A stretch of 64,000 nt of DNA, from NCBI RefSeq assembly GCF_009914755.1, contig NC_060925.1; one strand, written 5' to 3'. The notes beneath the pieces were generated by a model. The model had not been told where the DNA came from, did not search any database, and saw only the letters and a list, made by a program, of their open reading frames with translations. Shown one piece after another: positions 62,325-64,000 of this stretch (position 1 is its first letter; each line of letters starts with the position of its first letter). A program made the position numbers and the translations under genes. This DNA is from the human T2T-CHM13v2.0 reference genome, Homo sapiens.

Positions 62325-62640
62325 GGCTGGGCACGGTGGCTCACGCCTGTAATCCCAGCACTTTGCGAGGCCAAGGTGGGCGGATCACGAGGTCAGGAGA
62401 TCAAGACTATCCTGGCTAACACGGTGAAACCCTGTCTCTACTAAAAAATTAGCTGGACGTGGTGGCAGGCACCTGTGGTCCCAGCTACTCGGGAGGCTGA
62501 GGCAGGAGAATGGCATGAACCCAGGAGGAGGAGCTTGCAGAGAGCCGAGATTGCGCCACTGCCACTGCACTCCAGCCTGGGTGACAGAGCAAGACTCAAG
62601 ACTCCGTCTCAAAAACAAAACAAACAAACAAAAAAAACAA
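62325..62640 (+). mobile_element. AluY
   Basis: AluY diagnostics; TSD AGAAACATGTG. Confidence 0.92.
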
Positions 62641-62701
62641 GAAACATGTGAAAAGTTCTTTGGATATAGAGACTTTGCTACAAAGCAGTAAAGAAATGCA
62701 C

Positions 62702-62882
62702 CTGAGAGGAGAACACCCTTTTCTCCAACCACAGTGTTGAACCCTTGGGGGAAATTCCGGATGAAGGCCACTGCATTGGCCACTTCAGCCACTCTCTGGA
62801 TTTCCTCAGCGGTCACAGAGGAAGGGTCATCAGCACCATAAGCAATGTTCTCAGCAATAGAGCAAGAAAACAAAATGGGTTC
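62702..62882 (-). CDS. ABCB10: ABCB10 mitochondrial ABC transporter, exon 10 (181 nt)
   Basis: TGTAG|; [60 protein letters not shown]; CAG|GTGCAT. Confidence 0.96.
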
Positions 62883-63994
62883 CTACAAATTGGAAATAAA
62901 ACATATCACGAATTTCAAACAGACTTAAAACATGTCTAATAAATTTAGACCTAGCAGTCTTTTTTAAAATTTATGTTTTGCCATGAACAGGATTTTATCA
63001 TCTGTAGTTCTCACCATGCTGCAAGCAATGAGACCTCACAGCAGGTGCCCGCAAGGCACCTGGCACATGGTAGGAACTTTGTAAATGTCAGTCCCCTGCC
63101 TTAGGAATCAGGAGGCACCAGGAGACCCCAAGTCCACCTGCATTTTCCAGCTGCCTGCCTTCCACTCAGGACAAAGCGGGGAATCCATCTCCATCCATTA
63201 CTTTTTGAAATACACACAAACCACATGGGAACAAACAATTCTGACAGAACCCTATGGAGTAGTCCTAAAAAATAAGCAAACTTCCAGGCTCTTTTCTCCA
63301 TCCCTAATCATATACACCACTGATGTCCCTACACTCCTGAGCACCCATCACCATCCACCTGCTCTCACCCAAGTGGAGTGGGGAGAGGATGAGCTAATCA
63401 CAAAGAGAGGTTCAGAAATGGGGGGAGGCTCAGGTTTGTATGCTGTGTGCACAGCCTGGTAATAAAAATTAAAACAGCTGCAGCAACATTTCCCTGCCCC
63501 AAAGGGTCTTGTGAAAATGGCCTTATCAAAGTGACCACATTACATTAACACTCTGCTTTGAAATCTGCAACTTCTTTGCAAGGAGGACTCTGGCTCTTGC
63601 CATAGTCTTTGCTCACTTTTCCCTGAAACTCATTATGCAGAATAGTAGACTGTGGCTGGTGATGAAAATGGGAAGTGGGGAAGAATCAGTAAAAGCTAAA
63701 AAAGAGTCAATAAAATCTTCTATCATTTCCTCCCCATCCTCTAGACTATCTAGTAATGGTAGTCTCCAGCTTTCAATAAAAAGTCAATGCTTCACCCTTG
63801 CTCAAACATTTAGGGTTTTCAGGAAACAGCGCTACTTGCAAACCTAAACAACCTGCCATGTGAGATGAGCTTAATACATCCCAAAGACTTCCATTCCTTC
63901 TCTCTTGAGAAGTTCGAGACAAAAAAAAAAAAAAGCAAAAGACAAAAGTAATTTTAAAAGAAAGTGAAATAGAAATGGAAGCCTCTCTTCTTAC

Positions 63995-64000
63995 CTGACT
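63995..64000 (-). CDS. ABCB10: ABCB10, last 6 nt of an exon (exon 9 by recalled numbering), truncated by window edge
   Basis: AGT CAG|GTAAGA gives ...SQ, which joins EPILF of the next exon (Q-loop VSQEP). Confidence 0.8.

Noticed and set aside
62385-62701. 162-aa ORF extending ABCB10 exon 10 into an Alu
   Set aside because: Read-through past a valid GT donor into intron and Alu sequence

Overview
Human (or near-human primate) genomic DNA, Alu-dense, matching the NUP133-ABCB10 locus (chr1q42 from recall). Two known genes lie in tandem on the minus strand. NUP133 coding exons 1-19 run from ATG 45009 down to 257 and join in frame through GT-AG junctions to 2685 nt / 895 codons; the rest of the gene lies beyond the window's left edge. 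The 3' end of ABCB10 covers the last 6 nt of one exon plus the final four exons, stop 54939-54941, and a ~1.6 kb 3'UTR ending near 53340. A CpG-island promoter at ~44.7-45.3 kb carries a perfect CRE, a YY1-like site and a pyrimidine-only TCT/5'TOP-like start. The remainder is intronic or intergenic: ~60 Alu elements or fragments, L1, L2, MIR, MaLR/ERV LTRs and Tigger/hAT MITEs, several of them nested. Almost all other ORFs in the track are Alu/L1-derived or exon-flank artefacts. I found no previously undescribed gene system. The best second-look items are two NUP133 missense alleles (I294V, Q406R relative to the reference protein as I recall it), a latent intron-1 donor, inverted-Alu pairs bracketing in-frame exon blocks, an atypical L1-in-Alu insertion, and a templated-repair scar with a 26-bp palindrome. 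Repeat family names come from recalled consensus sequences, and repeat boundaries are approximate.
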